Source of the DNA: Candidatus Latescibacterota bacterium
GTDB lineage: Bacteria; Latescibacterota; UBA2968; UBA8231
Reading direction: 5' to 3'
Assembly (NCBI GenBank): GCA_965203355.1
Contig: OZ241889.1
Location: 2,784,001-2,848,000 of the forward strand
Length of the DNA: 64,000 nucleotides
This document shows, in pieces, positions 8,785 through 18,324 of this stretch. Every line of letters begins with the position of its first letter. Position 1 is the first letter of the stretch. A model generated the notes under the pieces. That model made no database searches. It was given only the letters and a program-made list of their open reading frames with translations, and was not told the DNA's origin. A program made the translations under genes and the position numbers.

Positions 8785-9984
8785 ATGGCTACTGAGATCG
8801 TCATGCCCAAGTTGGGGTTGACCATGGAAAGCGGCGCAATCAGCGCTTGGTTGGTAGAAGAAGGCCAGGAAGTACAAAAGGGCCAAGCCCTGTTGGAAAT
8901 CGCCACCGACAAGGTGACGATGGAAGTCGAGGCTCAGGCCAATGGAGTCTTGCGCAAAATTCTGGTGCAGGCTGGCCAAGAAGTACCCGTATCGACGACG
9001 ATCGGCGTCATCGCAGCTGCGGACGAAGACATCGGCTCGTACGGTGCCACCGATCCCTTGACGCCGCCCGCTCTGGTGGCAGCTCCCTCGCCAGCTCCGG
9101 TCGCGTCAGGCCCGGCTCCCTCGGCGGCTTCCGATGGACGGCGACCGCATAAGACTTCGCCCAAAGCGCGCAAAATAGCTGCCGAGCACGGCCTCGACCT
9201 GTCCGGCGTCAACGGCCGTGGCCCGGGAGGCCGGATCGTCAGTGCCGATGTACTGGCCTTGGTTGAGCAGGCGCGGCTAACCTCGGTTCCGGCACCGGCC
9301 GCCTCGGTCGCCGAAGGGCTGGTTGAGCTGAGTCGGGCCGAGCAAGTGGCCGCCGAGCGGTTGACGGCCAGCTACCAACAGATCCCCCATATTCACCTCA
9401 GCATGGACGTGTCGGCGGTGTGGTTGCAGCAATTCCGCACCGGCTACCAACTCGAAGGCAAAAAAATCTCCTTCAACGATCTGATCGTCAAAGCCACCGC
9501 CCGCACCCTCAGCGAGTTTCCCCGCGTCAACAGCTTGGCCGAGGGAGGGCATTTCCGCTACGCTTCCCCAATCAACGTCGGCGTTGCGGTAGCGGCCGAA
9601 CAGGGCTTAGTGGTTCCAGTCATTCGCGATGCCGCCGAAAAGACGATCGAAGAAATCGCCTTAGAAGGGACGCGATTGATCGACGCGGCGCGCCGCGGCC
9701 AGCTGCATCCCGACGACATGCTGGGCGGTACCTTTACCATCTCGAATTTGGGCATGTTCGGCGTATCTCGCTTTACTGCGATCATCAATCCCCCCCAAGT
9801 GGCGATCTTGGCCGTTGGGGCTATAGAGAACAGGGTAGTAGCTGCGGGAGCAGACGCATTTGCCGTGCGTCCGCAACTGACCTTGACGCTGGCCGCCGAT
9901 CATCGCGTCGTCGATGGTGCGCTGGCTGCTCGCTTCCTCGCGCGGCTCAAAGAGGTACTAGAAACGCCCGGCTTGCTCGGTTAG
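8785..9984 (+). CDS. 2-oxoacid dehydrogenase E2 (dihydrolipoamide acyltransferase)
   Basis: Lipoyl domain ATDKVTMEV, E3-binding SPKARKIA..GRGPGGRI, catalytic DHRVVDG. Confidence 0.93.
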   Translation: MATEIVMPKLGLTMESGAISAWLVEEGQEVQKGQALLEIATDKVTMEVEAQANGVLRKILVQAGQEVPVSTTIGVIAAADEDIGSYGATDPLTPPALVAAPSPAPVASGPAPSAASDGRRPHKTSPKARKIAAEHGLDLSGVNGRGPGGRIVSADVLALVEQARLTSVPAPAASVAEGLVELSRAEQVAAERLTASYQQIPHIHLSMDVSAVWLQQFRTGYQLEGKKISFNDLIVKATARTLSEFPRVNSLAEGGHFRYASPINVGVAVAAEQGLVVPVIRDAAEKTIEEIALEGTRLIDAARRGQLHPDDMLGGTFTISNLGMFGVSRFTAIINPPQVAILAVGAIENRVVAAGADAFAVRPQLTLTLAADHRVVDGALAARFLARLKEVLETPGLLG

Positions 9985-9996
9985 CAGCTATTCACC

Positions 9997-10025
9997 TTGA
10001 CCCCATCTAGGCCGCCTTCTATCTT
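9997..10025 (+). promoter_or_regulatory. Sigma70-type promoter for ftsH
   Basis: TTGACC-N17-TATCTT about 80 nt upstream of the ATG. Confidence 0.45.
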
Positions 10026-10104
10026 CAAAACCACAAAAGTCAAGCCCTTTTATCCTGAGTGTACCGAGGGTAGAAAAGAGCGTCTTGGCATTGGAAAATA
10101 ACGC

Positions 10105-12000
10105 ATGAAACTCGAGAAAAAGACTCAGCTTTCCATTGCGTACGCCGTCCTTACGCTGCTCCTGCTCCTGAGTCTGCAAAACTACTTCGCCGGCCAAGTT
10201 GAAACGCTTCCGTACAACCAATTTCGGCAATGGGTCGAAAGCGGGCAGGTCATTGAGTGTACCTTCAGCGGCGAGTTTATCCACGGTCGCGCCCAGGTCG
10301 ATGGCCGGGAGATTAGCTTTCGCACTGCGTCCGTCGACGATCCCGAGCTCATTGGCCTGCTCGTAGAACATCAAGTCGAGTTTACCCGCGAGCCCAGCAA
10401 CAATTGGTTCACCCAACTTCTGTCGTGGATCTTGCCCGCGCTGATCTTCGTGGGGATCTGGCTATTTATCATCCGGCGCATGAGCGGCGGTAGCGGTGGT
10501 CTGATGTCCATCGGCAAGAGCAAGGCCAAGGTGTACATGGAGAAGGGAACGGGCATTACCTTCGACGACGTGGCTGGCATTGAAGAAGCCAAAGAAGAAC
10601 TGCTGGAGATCGTCGAGTTTTTGCGCACCCCCGAGCGGTTTCAAGCCCTCGGTGGCCGGATCCCACGCGGCGTCTTGCTCGTGGGGCCGCCGGGTACGGG
10701 TAAGACGCTGTTGGCCAAGGCCGTTGCCGGCGAGGCGAGCGTACCTTTTTTCTCGCTCAGCGGCTCGGATTTTGTCGAGATGTTTGTCGGCGTCGGGGCC
10801 GCACGCGTACGCGACCTTTTTGAACAGGCCAAAAAACACGCCCCGGCCATTATCTTCATCGACGAACTCGACGCCTTGGGCAAGGCCCGGGGGGCCGGCT
10901 CGTTGGGCGGGCACGACGAGCGCGAGCAGACGCTCAATCAGCTTCTCACCGAGCTCGACGGTTTTGACACCAACGCCGGCGTAATCCTCATGGCCGCGAC
11001 CAACCGACCGGAAATCCTCGACCCGGCCTTGCTGCGCCCCGGCCGCTTCGACCGCACTGTGGCCGTGGATCGGCCCGATGTCAAGGAGCGTGCGGCCATC
11101 CTCCAGATCCACGCCAAGGAAGTCAAGCTGGCCGCGGATGTAGATCTATACAAACTGGCCGTGCGCACGCCGGGTTTCGCCGGCGCGGACTTGGCCAATG
11201 TCGTCAACGAAGCGGCTCTCTTGGCAGCGCGGCGAGATAAAAATTCCATCACCATGTCCGAATTGGAAGAGGCCATAGAGCGCTCGGTGGCTGGGCTGGA
11301 GCGCAAAAGCCGCGTACTCAACGAAAAGGAGCGCCGGATCGTTGCGTACCACGAGGCCGGACATGCCATCGTCGGCGAGATTTTGCCCGAAGCCAATCCC
11401 GTGCAGAAAATCTCCATTGTATCGCGAGGCATTGCGGCCTTGGGCTACACCCTGAATATGCCGCTGGAAGATCGCTATCTAATGACCAAGGCGGAATTGC
11501 GGGATACCTTGGCGGCGATTGTGGGAGGTCGGGCGGCCGAGGAGATCGTCTTTGGCGAAATATCTACTGGTGCGGCCAACGACTTGCAGCAGGCCACGCA
11601 AATGGCCGAGCGGATGGTCAAAGAGTTCGGCATGAGCCAGCGCATCGGCTTGGTATCCCACCGGGCTGACCGATCGCAACCGTTGCTGAGCATGACCCCG
11701 GCCGATCGCCCGTACAGCGACGAGACCGCCAAGCTCATCGACGAAGAGGTCAAGGCCATCATCGACGCGGAGTACGCGCGGTCTAAGGCCCTGCTCGCTC
11801 AGCATCGTCAGGCGTTGGAGGATGTCGTCGAGATTCTCTTTGAGAACGAGGTGATGGACGGCGACCAACTGCGCAACGTACTCGCAGAGAACGGAATAGA
11901 CCTGCCACCGAGGCCCAAGCAAGAGGCTGCGCCCGCCCACCCCCCCGAGCCGCCGACCAACGGCAATGCTCCGAAGTCGGAAGAGCGAGAGGTCTCCTAG
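10105..12000 (+). CDS. ftsH: ATP-dependent zinc metalloprotease FtsH
   Basis: Two TM segments, [31 protein letters not shown]. Confidence 0.97.
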   Translation: MKLEKKTQLSIAYAVLTLLLLLSLQNYFAGQVETLPYNQFRQWVESGQVIECTFSGEFIHGRAQVDGREISFRTASVDDPELIGLLVEHQVEFTREPSNNWFTQLLSWILPALIFVGIWLFIIRRMSGGSGGLMSIGKSKAKVYMEKGTGITFDDVAGIEEAKEELLEIVEFLRTPERFQALGGRIPRGVLLVGPPGTGKTLLAKAVAGEASVPFFSLSGSDFVEMFVGVGAARVRDLFEQAKKHAPAIIFIDELDALGKARGAGSLGGHDEREQTLNQLLTELDGFDTNAGVILMAATNRPEILDPALLRPGRFDRTVAVDRPDVKERAAILQIHAKEVKLAADVDLYKLAVRTPGFAGADLANVVNEAALLAARRDKNSITMSELEEAIERSVAGLERKSRVLNEKERRIVAYHEAGHAIVGEILPEANPVQKISIVSRGIAALGYTLNMPLEDRYLMTKAELRDTLAAIVGGRAAEEIVFGEISTGAANDLQQATQMAERMVKEFGMSQRIGLVSHRADRSQPLLSMTPADRPYSDETAKLIDEEVKAIIDAEYARSKALLAQHRQALEDVVEILFENEVMDGDQLRNVLAENGIDLPPRPKQEAAPAHPPEPPTNGNAPKSEEREVS

Positions 12001-12452
12001 CCTACGGCGGCGATGACTTCCAATTCGACGGCGGCACCCAGTGGCAGGCTGGCGACGCCGACGGCCAAGCGCGCGTGTATCCCCTTATCTCCCAAGACGG
12101 AGGCCAGCAAATCGGAAGCACCGTTGACCACGCTGGCGTGGGCCGTAAAACCGGGGGTTGCCGCTACATATCCTCCCAAGCGGACTAGGGAGACCGCGTC
12201 GAGGTCGCCGGTTTCGGCTTTGAGAACACTCAAGGCGTTCAGGGCGCACAACTTGGCGGCCGCATATCCCGCTTCGACATCCAAATCCTCGCCCACGATT
12301 CCCGCATATTGGATCTGGCCGGCTAGCAGGGGCAACTGGCCTGAGACGAAGATCAAAGGACCGCTTTGCACGGCGCGGGTATAGGTACCGGCCGGTGATG
12401 GCGGCGGGGGAAGTTGCAGGTTGAGGTCTCTTAGTTTTTCCTCTACAACCAT
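11997..12452 (-). CDS. RidA/YjgF family protein
   Basis: [34 protein letters not shown]. Confidence 0.92.
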   Translation of the reverse strand: MVVEEKLRDLNLQLPPPPSPAGTYTRAVQSGPLIFVSGQLPLLAGQIQYAGIVGEDLDVEAGYAAAKLCALNALSVLKAETGDLDAVSLVRLGGYVAATPGFTAHASVVNGASDLLASVLGDKGIHARLAVGVASLPLGAAVELEVIAAVG

Positions 12453-12522
12453 GTTGAATTTCCCATAGCTTAGGGTGGGTTGGCACTAATATAGGACGCC
12501 TGATGACGCCAGCAAGAGAGCG

Positions 12523-13749
12523 ATGCGCAGCATAAAATTCGTCAAAGGGAGTCTCTTAGAGCCCTTGAGCAACAGCGATTTCGTGCGCCTGTGGCTGGCC
12601 AATGGCCTTTGGTGGCAGGCCATGTGGATGGAGATGCTGGCTCTGGGGTGGCTGGCTTTGGAGCTGACGAATTCTCCGTGGTGGGTACAAGTTATCGGCT
12701 TTTACCGAGCCATCCCGCTGCTGATTATGGGTTTGTTCGGCGCGGCGATTACCGATCGCTTTAAGCGGCGCTACATCGTTTGGACCCTTCAGTTGGTCAA
12801 TGTGCTGGGGACGGGGGTGTTGGCACTGCTGCTCTTTTGGGGGCGGCTTGAGCTGTGGCATTTGTCGGTGGTGTCGCTGGCGTTGGGAGCGTCTTGGGCG
12901 TTGGATTGGCCGACCCGGCGTAGCATGGTACCCGATCTAGTCGGCAAGGCTCGCACGGTGGATGCCATGGTGCTGGAGAACGTCATTCAGGGATTTACGC
13001 GCATTTCTGGCCCGATAGCGGCCGGCTATGTCACCGCGGCCTATGGCAGCTTGGGTGCGCTGTTGGTCTTGGTCGGCTTGGGCACTTTGGCGTTGGTCTT
13101 GTTGGCCGGCCTCAAGACAGACTCCAAAGCACCTAGTGCCGGTACGTGGGCGGCGGGATGGGGCGGGCGGCAGGGGTGGGCCAGGATGCGCGCTTCTGCG
13201 CCGATATTCGGCGTTTTTCTCATTACGATCTTTATGAACGTTTGGGCTTTTCCCTACATGAACCTGCTGCCGGTTTTCGCACGCGATGTATTCGGCCGCG
13301 GCCCCGAAGCTATGGGATGGTTGGGCGCGGCTAGTGGAGGCAGGGCGATTGTAGGTTTGGCTGCGGTCCAGCTAAGCCGCCGGAAGCTGAGCAACGAATG
13401 GCTCTTTGTCGCTGGCTCGCTGCTTGCGTGTACGGGCATCGCCGCCTTTGCCTTTAGCGGGACTTTTGGCCTCGCCTTGCTCATGCTGTTTTGCGCTGGG
13501 TTGGGGCAGGCCGGCTTCAGCATTATGCAGAGTAGCATCATCTTGGTCGAATCCTCAGATGAGATGCGGAGCCGGGCGATGAGCACCTTGGTCGTGGCCA
13601 TTGGCGTCGGTCCTTTTGGCCGCTTGCAGAGCGGGGCAATGGCTGAGGCTTGGGGCGCACAAGGCGCGGCCGGCGTCATGGCACTGCTAGCGGGAATAGG
13701 GACGGTGGGAACGGCGGTTTTGGTGCGGGGATTTTTGGGTAAGAGATAA
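12523..13749 (+). CDS. MFS transporter
   Basis: About 12 hydrophobic segments, motif A GAAITDRFKRR, C-terminal EMRSRAMS. Confidence 0.9.
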   Translation: MRSIKFVKGSLLEPLSNSDFVRLWLANGLWWQAMWMEMLALGWLALELTNSPWWVQVIGFYRAIPLLIMGLFGAAITDRFKRRYIVWTLQLVNVLGTGVLALLLFWGRLELWHLSVVSLALGASWALDWPTRRSMVPDLVGKARTVDAMVLENVIQGFTRISGPIAAGYVTAAYGSLGALLVLVGLGTLALVLLAGLKTDSKAPSAGTWAAGWGGRQGWARMRASAPIFGVFLITIFMNVWAFPYMNLLPVFARDVFGRGPEAMGWLGAASGGRAIVGLAAVQLSRRKLSNEWLFVAGSLLACTGIAAFAFSGTFGLALLMLFCAGLGQAGFSIMQSSIILVESSDEMRSRAMSTLVVAIGVGPFGRLQSGAMAEAWGAQGAAGVMALLAGIGTVGTAVLVRGFLGKR

Positions 13750-13836
13750 CGCTGGACAGATGCCCAATTGCCTGGTTCGGCTAGCGTATCTACCTTGCAC
13801 GTGCTTTGATCGAATCTCATTAGAGGAGAGTGTTCC

Positions 13837-15132
13837 ATGTCCGAATCTTTGCTTAGCGACGCCAGTCAACGGCTCGAGGAAGCGCTCGCGTATGCGTCCA
13901 TTTCCGACGACGCCATTGAGCGGCTCAAGTTGCCCAAGTCGAGTTTGAAAGTCTCCATCCCCGTGCGCATGGACGACGGTACGTTGTCCATTTTTCAGGG
14001 CTACCGGGTGCGCTACGACGACACCCGAGGCCCGACCAAAGGCGGCATTCGCTACCACCCAGACGTGTCCATCGACGAGGTGCAATCCTTGGCTTTCTGG
14101 ATGACCTTCAAATGCGCCGTGGCCAATTTGCCTTTTGGCGGCGGTAAAGGCGGTATCACGGTCAATCCCAAGGAACTGTCTCCTTTTGAACTGGAACGAC
14201 TCAGCCGGGGCTACATCGAAGCCGTGGCCGACTTCATCGGCCCGGACATCGACATTCCGGCGCCGGATGTTTATACCAATCCGATGATCATGGGCTGGAT
14301 GATGGATGAATACAGCATTATCAAGCGGCAGATTACACCTGCGGTCATCACGGGCAAGCCTTTGACCATGGGGGGCAGTCTAGGGCGCGATACAGCGACC
14401 GCGATGGGGGCCTTTTTCACTATCGAGGCGACTTGGCCCAAGCTCGGCTTGAGCGGTGGGCCGGCCGACACGACTGTGGCCGTGCAGGGCTTTGGCAATG
14501 CCGGGGCGATCATCGCCGAATTGCTCTTTAAGGCTGGGTATAAGGTCGTCGCCGTAAGCGACTCGAAAGGAGGTATTTACCGGCGCGAAGGACTCGATAT
14601 TCCCAGTGTGCGCCAGTTCAAGGATTCGACTCGCACCCTCAAGGCGGTGTACTGCGAAGGCACGGTGTGCAACATTGTCGAGCACGACACGATCACCAAC
14701 GAGGAATTGCTCGCGCTCGATGTCGATATTCTGGCTCCAGCGGCCCTGGAAAATCAGATCACCGAGGCCAATGCCCGCGACATTAAGGCCCAGGCCGTGT
14801 ACGAACTGGCCAACGGCCCCACCACGCCGGGGGCCGACGCGATTCTGCGTGCGCGGGACGTGATCGTATTTCCCGACATCTTGGTCAATGCCGGCGGCGT
14901 GACCGTGAGCTATTTCGAATGGGTGCAGAATCGCCAGGGGCTGTATTGGACGCTAGCAGAGGTCAACCGGCGGCTCAAGCAGATGATGGTCGCGGAGACC
15001 GAGCGCGTTTGGGCCATCGCCGAGGGGCAAGCAATCGCGCCGCGCACGGCCGCGTACGTTCATGCGCTAAACCGGATCGGCGACGCCGTCCAAGCCAAGG
15101 GCACCAAAGATTACTTCACAAATGGGCGGTGA
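13837..15132 (+). CDS. gdhA: Glutamate dehydrogenase (Glu/Leu/Phe/Val family)
   Basis: GPTKGGIRYHP, LPFGGGKGG, DIPAPD, VQGFGNAG, NAGGVTVSYFEWVQN. Confidence 0.93.
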   Translation: MSESLLSDASQRLEEALAYASISDDAIERLKLPKSSLKVSIPVRMDDGTLSIFQGYRVRYDDTRGPTKGGIRYHPDVSIDEVQSLAFWMTFKCAVANLPFGGGKGGITVNPKELSPFELERLSRGYIEAVADFIGPDIDIPAPDVYTNPMIMGWMMDEYSIIKRQITPAVITGKPLTMGGSLGRDTATAMGAFFTIEATWPKLGLSGGPADTTVAVQGFGNAGAIIAELLFKAGYKVVAVSDSKGGIYRREGLDIPSVRQFKDSTRTLKAVYCEGTVCNIVEHDTITNEELLALDVDILAPAALENQITEANARDIKAQAVYELANGPTTPGADAILRARDVIVFPDILVNAGGVTVSYFEWVQNRQGLYWTLAEVNRRLKQMMVAETERVWAIAEGQAIAPRTAAYVHALNRIGDAVQAKGTKDYFTNGR

Positions 15133-15176
15133 CAAACGCCCCTTTCTTGCCACGACTCAATGCGGCTGCCCCTGAA

Positions 15177-15205
15177 TTGACGCTAGGGGGTACGGCGGCT
15201 ATATT
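15177..15205 (+). promoter_or_regulatory. Sigma70-type promoter for the epimerase-LarA-SDR operon
   Basis: TTGACG-N17-TATATT, followed by an AAGGAG RBS before ATG 15236. Confidence 0.55.
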
Positions 15206-15235
15206 GCGCGGGGTTCAGCAACCAAAGGAGACGAC

Positions 15236-16000
15236 ATGCCCACTTCAGCGATTGGCGCACAATTGTTCACCGTGCGCAATTATACCAAAACCCCGGATGA
15301 CATTCGCCAAACCTTTGCTAAGGTGCGAGCCCTCGGCTATGAGGCCGTGCAGGCCTCGGCCTTTGGATCGATCACGCCAGCCGAACTGGCCGCGATAAGC
15401 AAGGCCGAAGGAGTGCAGATCGCGGCTACGCACACCAGTTACCAGCGCATCTGCGACGAGCCACAAGCTGTCGTCGAGGAGCATCAGATGTGGGGGTGTC
15501 GCCACGTGGCCATTGGCGGCTTGCCCGAGGAATACCGCAACCGCGAAGGGTTTGTCCGCTTTGCCGCCGAGGCTTCGGCGGCCGCGGGTCCGCTCATTGA
15601 CGCGGGTTTGACCTTTAGCTACCACAACCACAGCTTCGAACTGGAGCGTTTCGCCGGATGCACCGGACTAGACATCCTCCGCCAAGAGAGCGACCCAGCC
15701 GTTTTTTCCTTTGAAATAGACACCTATTGGATTCAACACGGCGGCGGCAACCCAGTTTCGTGGTTGGACAAGTTCCGCGACCGCATGCACATCGTCCATC
15801 TCAAAGACCTGAGCATGGCGGGCTCCAAGCAGTGCTTCGCCGAAGTAGGGGAGGGGAACTTGGAATGGGAACCTATTCTCGCCGCCTGTAAAAGAGCCCA
15901 GATTGAATGGTACTTGGTCGAACAAGATACCTGCCCGGGCGACCCGTTTGATAGCTTGGGTCTGAGCCTGCGCAACCTGCGGGCCATGGGCTTGGATTAG
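15236..16000 (+). CDS. Sugar phosphate isomerase/epimerase (IolE-like TIM barrel)
   Basis: AQLFTVR, YHNHSFE, EIDTYW, VHLKD, EVGEG, VEQD. Confidence 0.88.
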   Translation: MPTSAIGAQLFTVRNYTKTPDDIRQTFAKVRALGYEAVQASAFGSITPAELAAISKAEGVQIAATHTSYQRICDEPQAVVEEHQMWGCRHVAIGGLPEEYRNREGFVRFAAEASAAAGPLIDAGLTFSYHNHSFELERFAGCTGLDILRQESDPAVFSFEIDTYWIQHGGGNPVSWLDKFRDRMHIVHLKDLSMAGSKQCFAEVGEGNLEWEPILAACKRAQIEWYLVEQDTCPGDPFDSLGLSLRNLRAMGLD

Positions 16001-16010
16001 GAGGAAAGTC

Positions 16011-17192
16011 ATGCAGGAAATTTTCGTCCCGTGGGCCGCTTGGTACGGCAAGGACCCGTTCAAAATGGAATTTCCCGAGCACTGGGACGTGGCGGTGCAT
16101 CCCCTGCGGGGTGGGCCGGACATCGGCGACGCTGGCATTCGCCGGGCACTGCAAGAAGCCATTGGTGCCCCGCCCCTGCGCGAATTCGCCCGCGGCCGGT
16201 CTTCGGCGGCCATCCTGGTCGACGATCTCTCACGCCCCACGCCGGCTTTTCGGCTCTTGCCCTATGTCCTGGAGGAATTGGCGGCGGCCGGGATCCGGGC
16301 CGATGCCGTAAAGATCATCTGCGCGCTGGCCGCCCACCGCCCGATGACGCGCGACGATTTGGTCAAGAAGGTCGGATTGGACATCGTCGATACCATGCAG
16401 GTGCTCAACCACAATGCCTATGAGAACTTGGAATTCCTCGGTTATTCCAGCCGCGGGATTCCGATTTGGGTCAACCGCGATATGACCTCTTGCGAGGTCC
16501 GCATCGCCTTGGGCATGATCACGCCGCGTGGGGGGATGTTTGGCGGCGGAGCCAAATTGCTCATCCCCGGTGCTTGTGGGCAGCAGACCATTTTGCTCAA
16601 CCACCGCCACGTGCGCGAAAATTTTCGCGCCCATCTGTCCGAAGTGGCGAAAATGGCCGGGGTCGCGTATATCGTCAATCCGCTGCTCAACGCGGACTTG
16701 CAGATTACCGGCTTGGTCGCTGGGGACGTGGACGCGGCCTTTGCGCGGGGCTGTGAGTTGGGGCGCGAGCAGTACGCTACTCAAGTTCCCGATGCTTTCG
16801 ACATTGGCGTGTTCAACGCCTTCCCCAAGGATACGGAACTGTGCCAAGCCGGGTTGGCGATGACGCCGTTGAGCGGCACCCAGAAAAATCCCTTCAACGA
16901 AAACTCGACTACTGTCCTGTGCTCGGCTAGCCCGGAGGGGCTGGGCTGGCACTCGGTGTTGGGGCCAGGTACCGCCCTGAGAGGAAAGGCCGGGCCGCCT
17001 GCCCGGCGCACCATTCTATTTTCGCCTGGGGTCAATAAGTGGGATGCGGCTTCGCTTTTTGGCGAGGGGGTTATTTTTTGTAAAACTTGGGCGGCCGTAT
17101 TGAGCGAATTAGAAAAATACCACGGGGCCAGCGCAAAAGTTTCGGTCTTTCCGGCTGGCGTGCTACAACGGGCGGCCGACGCCAACTACTAA
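16011..17192 (+). CDS. LarA-like (DUF2088) nickel-pincer racemase/epimerase homolog
   Basis: ILVDDLSRPTP, ALAAHRPM, NHN, FGGGAKLLIPG, NH motifs. Confidence 0.8.
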   Translation: MQEIFVPWAAWYGKDPFKMEFPEHWDVAVHPLRGGPDIGDAGIRRALQEAIGAPPLREFARGRSSAAILVDDLSRPTPAFRLLPYVLEELAAAGIRADAVKIICALAAHRPMTRDDLVKKVGLDIVDTMQVLNHNAYENLEFLGYSSRGIPIWVNRDMTSCEVRIALGMITPRGGMFGGGAKLLIPGACGQQTILLNHRHVRENFRAHLSEVAKMAGVAYIVNPLLNADLQITGLVAGDVDAAFARGCELGREQYATQVPDAFDIGVFNAFPKDTELCQAGLAMTPLSGTQKNPFNENSTTVLCSASPEGLGWHSVLGPGTALRGKAGPPARRTILFSPGVNKWDAASLFGEGVIFCKTWAAVLSELEKYHGASAKVSVFPAGVLQRAADANY

Positions 17193-17203
17193 AGAGGAAA
17201 AAG

Positions 17204-17980
17204 ATGCCACCGCTCGTGCGTTTTGGTCTAGAGGGCAAAATTGTCCTTGTAACTGGGGCTGGCCGGGGGATTGGCCGGACGATTGCTTTAGAATGCGCCC
17301 AGTCCGGGGCAAACGTCGCCGTTGGCAGCCGCACCCCGGCCGAGCTGGAAACGCTGGCTGCGGAGATTGAGGCCACCGGCCGGGCGTGTTTCTACCACCA
17401 CCTCGACGTGACGGACGTACGCTCTATCGAGCGTTTTATGGCGGCGGTAGTAGCGCACTGCGGGCGGATTGACGTGCTGATCAACAACGCCGGCTACAAC
17501 AAGGTCGGCAAAATCCTCGACTACGACGAAGCGCTTTACGACTTGATCGTCGATGCCAACCTGAAGAATGTGTTTTTTTGTAGCCAGATTGCCGCGCGGC
17601 AGATGATCGCCCAAGGCGGGGGAGGCAATATCATCAATATCTCGTCTCAAGCTGGCGTAGTCGGCGCGCCCGAGCGCGGTCCTTATTCAGGTGCCAAAGC
17701 AGGCGTAAACAACCTAACGCGGACTATGGCCGCCGAATGGGCCGAATACCAGATACGGGTCAACGCGGTGGCCCCAACCGTGACCCGCTCGCCACTGGCC
17801 GAGACCGCCATGCGGGAAAGCCAAACCTTCGCCAATGCGGTGAAGACCAAGAATTTGCTGCGCGGTGCCTTGGCCGAACCAGAGGAAATGTCAGCACCGG
17901 TGATCTTTTTGGCGTCGGATGCCGCGTCGATGATCACCGGGCACACGCTGGTGGTGGATGGGGGATGGACCATCGTCTAG
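17204..17980 (+). CDS. Short-chain dehydrogenase/reductase
   Basis: TGAGRGIG, NNAG, YSGAK, VDGG; start moved to ATG 17204 after an AAGAGGA RBS. Confidence 0.93.
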   Translation: MPPLVRFGLEGKIVLVTGAGRGIGRTIALECAQSGANVAVGSRTPAELETLAAEIEATGRACFYHHLDVTDVRSIERFMAAVVAHCGRIDVLINNAGYNKVGKILDYDEALYDLIVDANLKNVFFCSQIAARQMIAQGGGGNIINISSQAGVVGAPERGPYSGAKAGVNNLTRTMAAEWAEYQIRVNAVAPTVTRSPLAETAMRESQTFANAVKTKNLLRGALAEPEEMSAPVIFLASDAASMITGHTLVVDGGWTIV

Positions 17981-18324
17981 CGATCCGGCGAAACGCCGCG
18001 GCCGACTGAGACTGGCTGATCGTCTATCGCTCGTCCGCTCAAGCACCGACCTCGCACCCGAAAAGCCCCGCCCCTTGTAGCCTGCCGCGTACTGCGGATC
18101 TTTCAGCCCTTCTTCCACAAATTCGCGGAGAGCCTTTGGACTCTAGGCCGCTCAACTGCGAGTGTGCGCGATACCAAAAGGGCTGTGGGGCGCGAAGTAG
18201 CGGCTTGGCGATCGGGAGAAAGTCGAGTTCCGCACCCCAGAAAAAGCCCCCAATGCCCAGGCCGTCAACTCGCGTTGTCCCAATCGGTTAAGCTGCTTAT
18301 TATAACACGCCAAAGGGACGCTAC

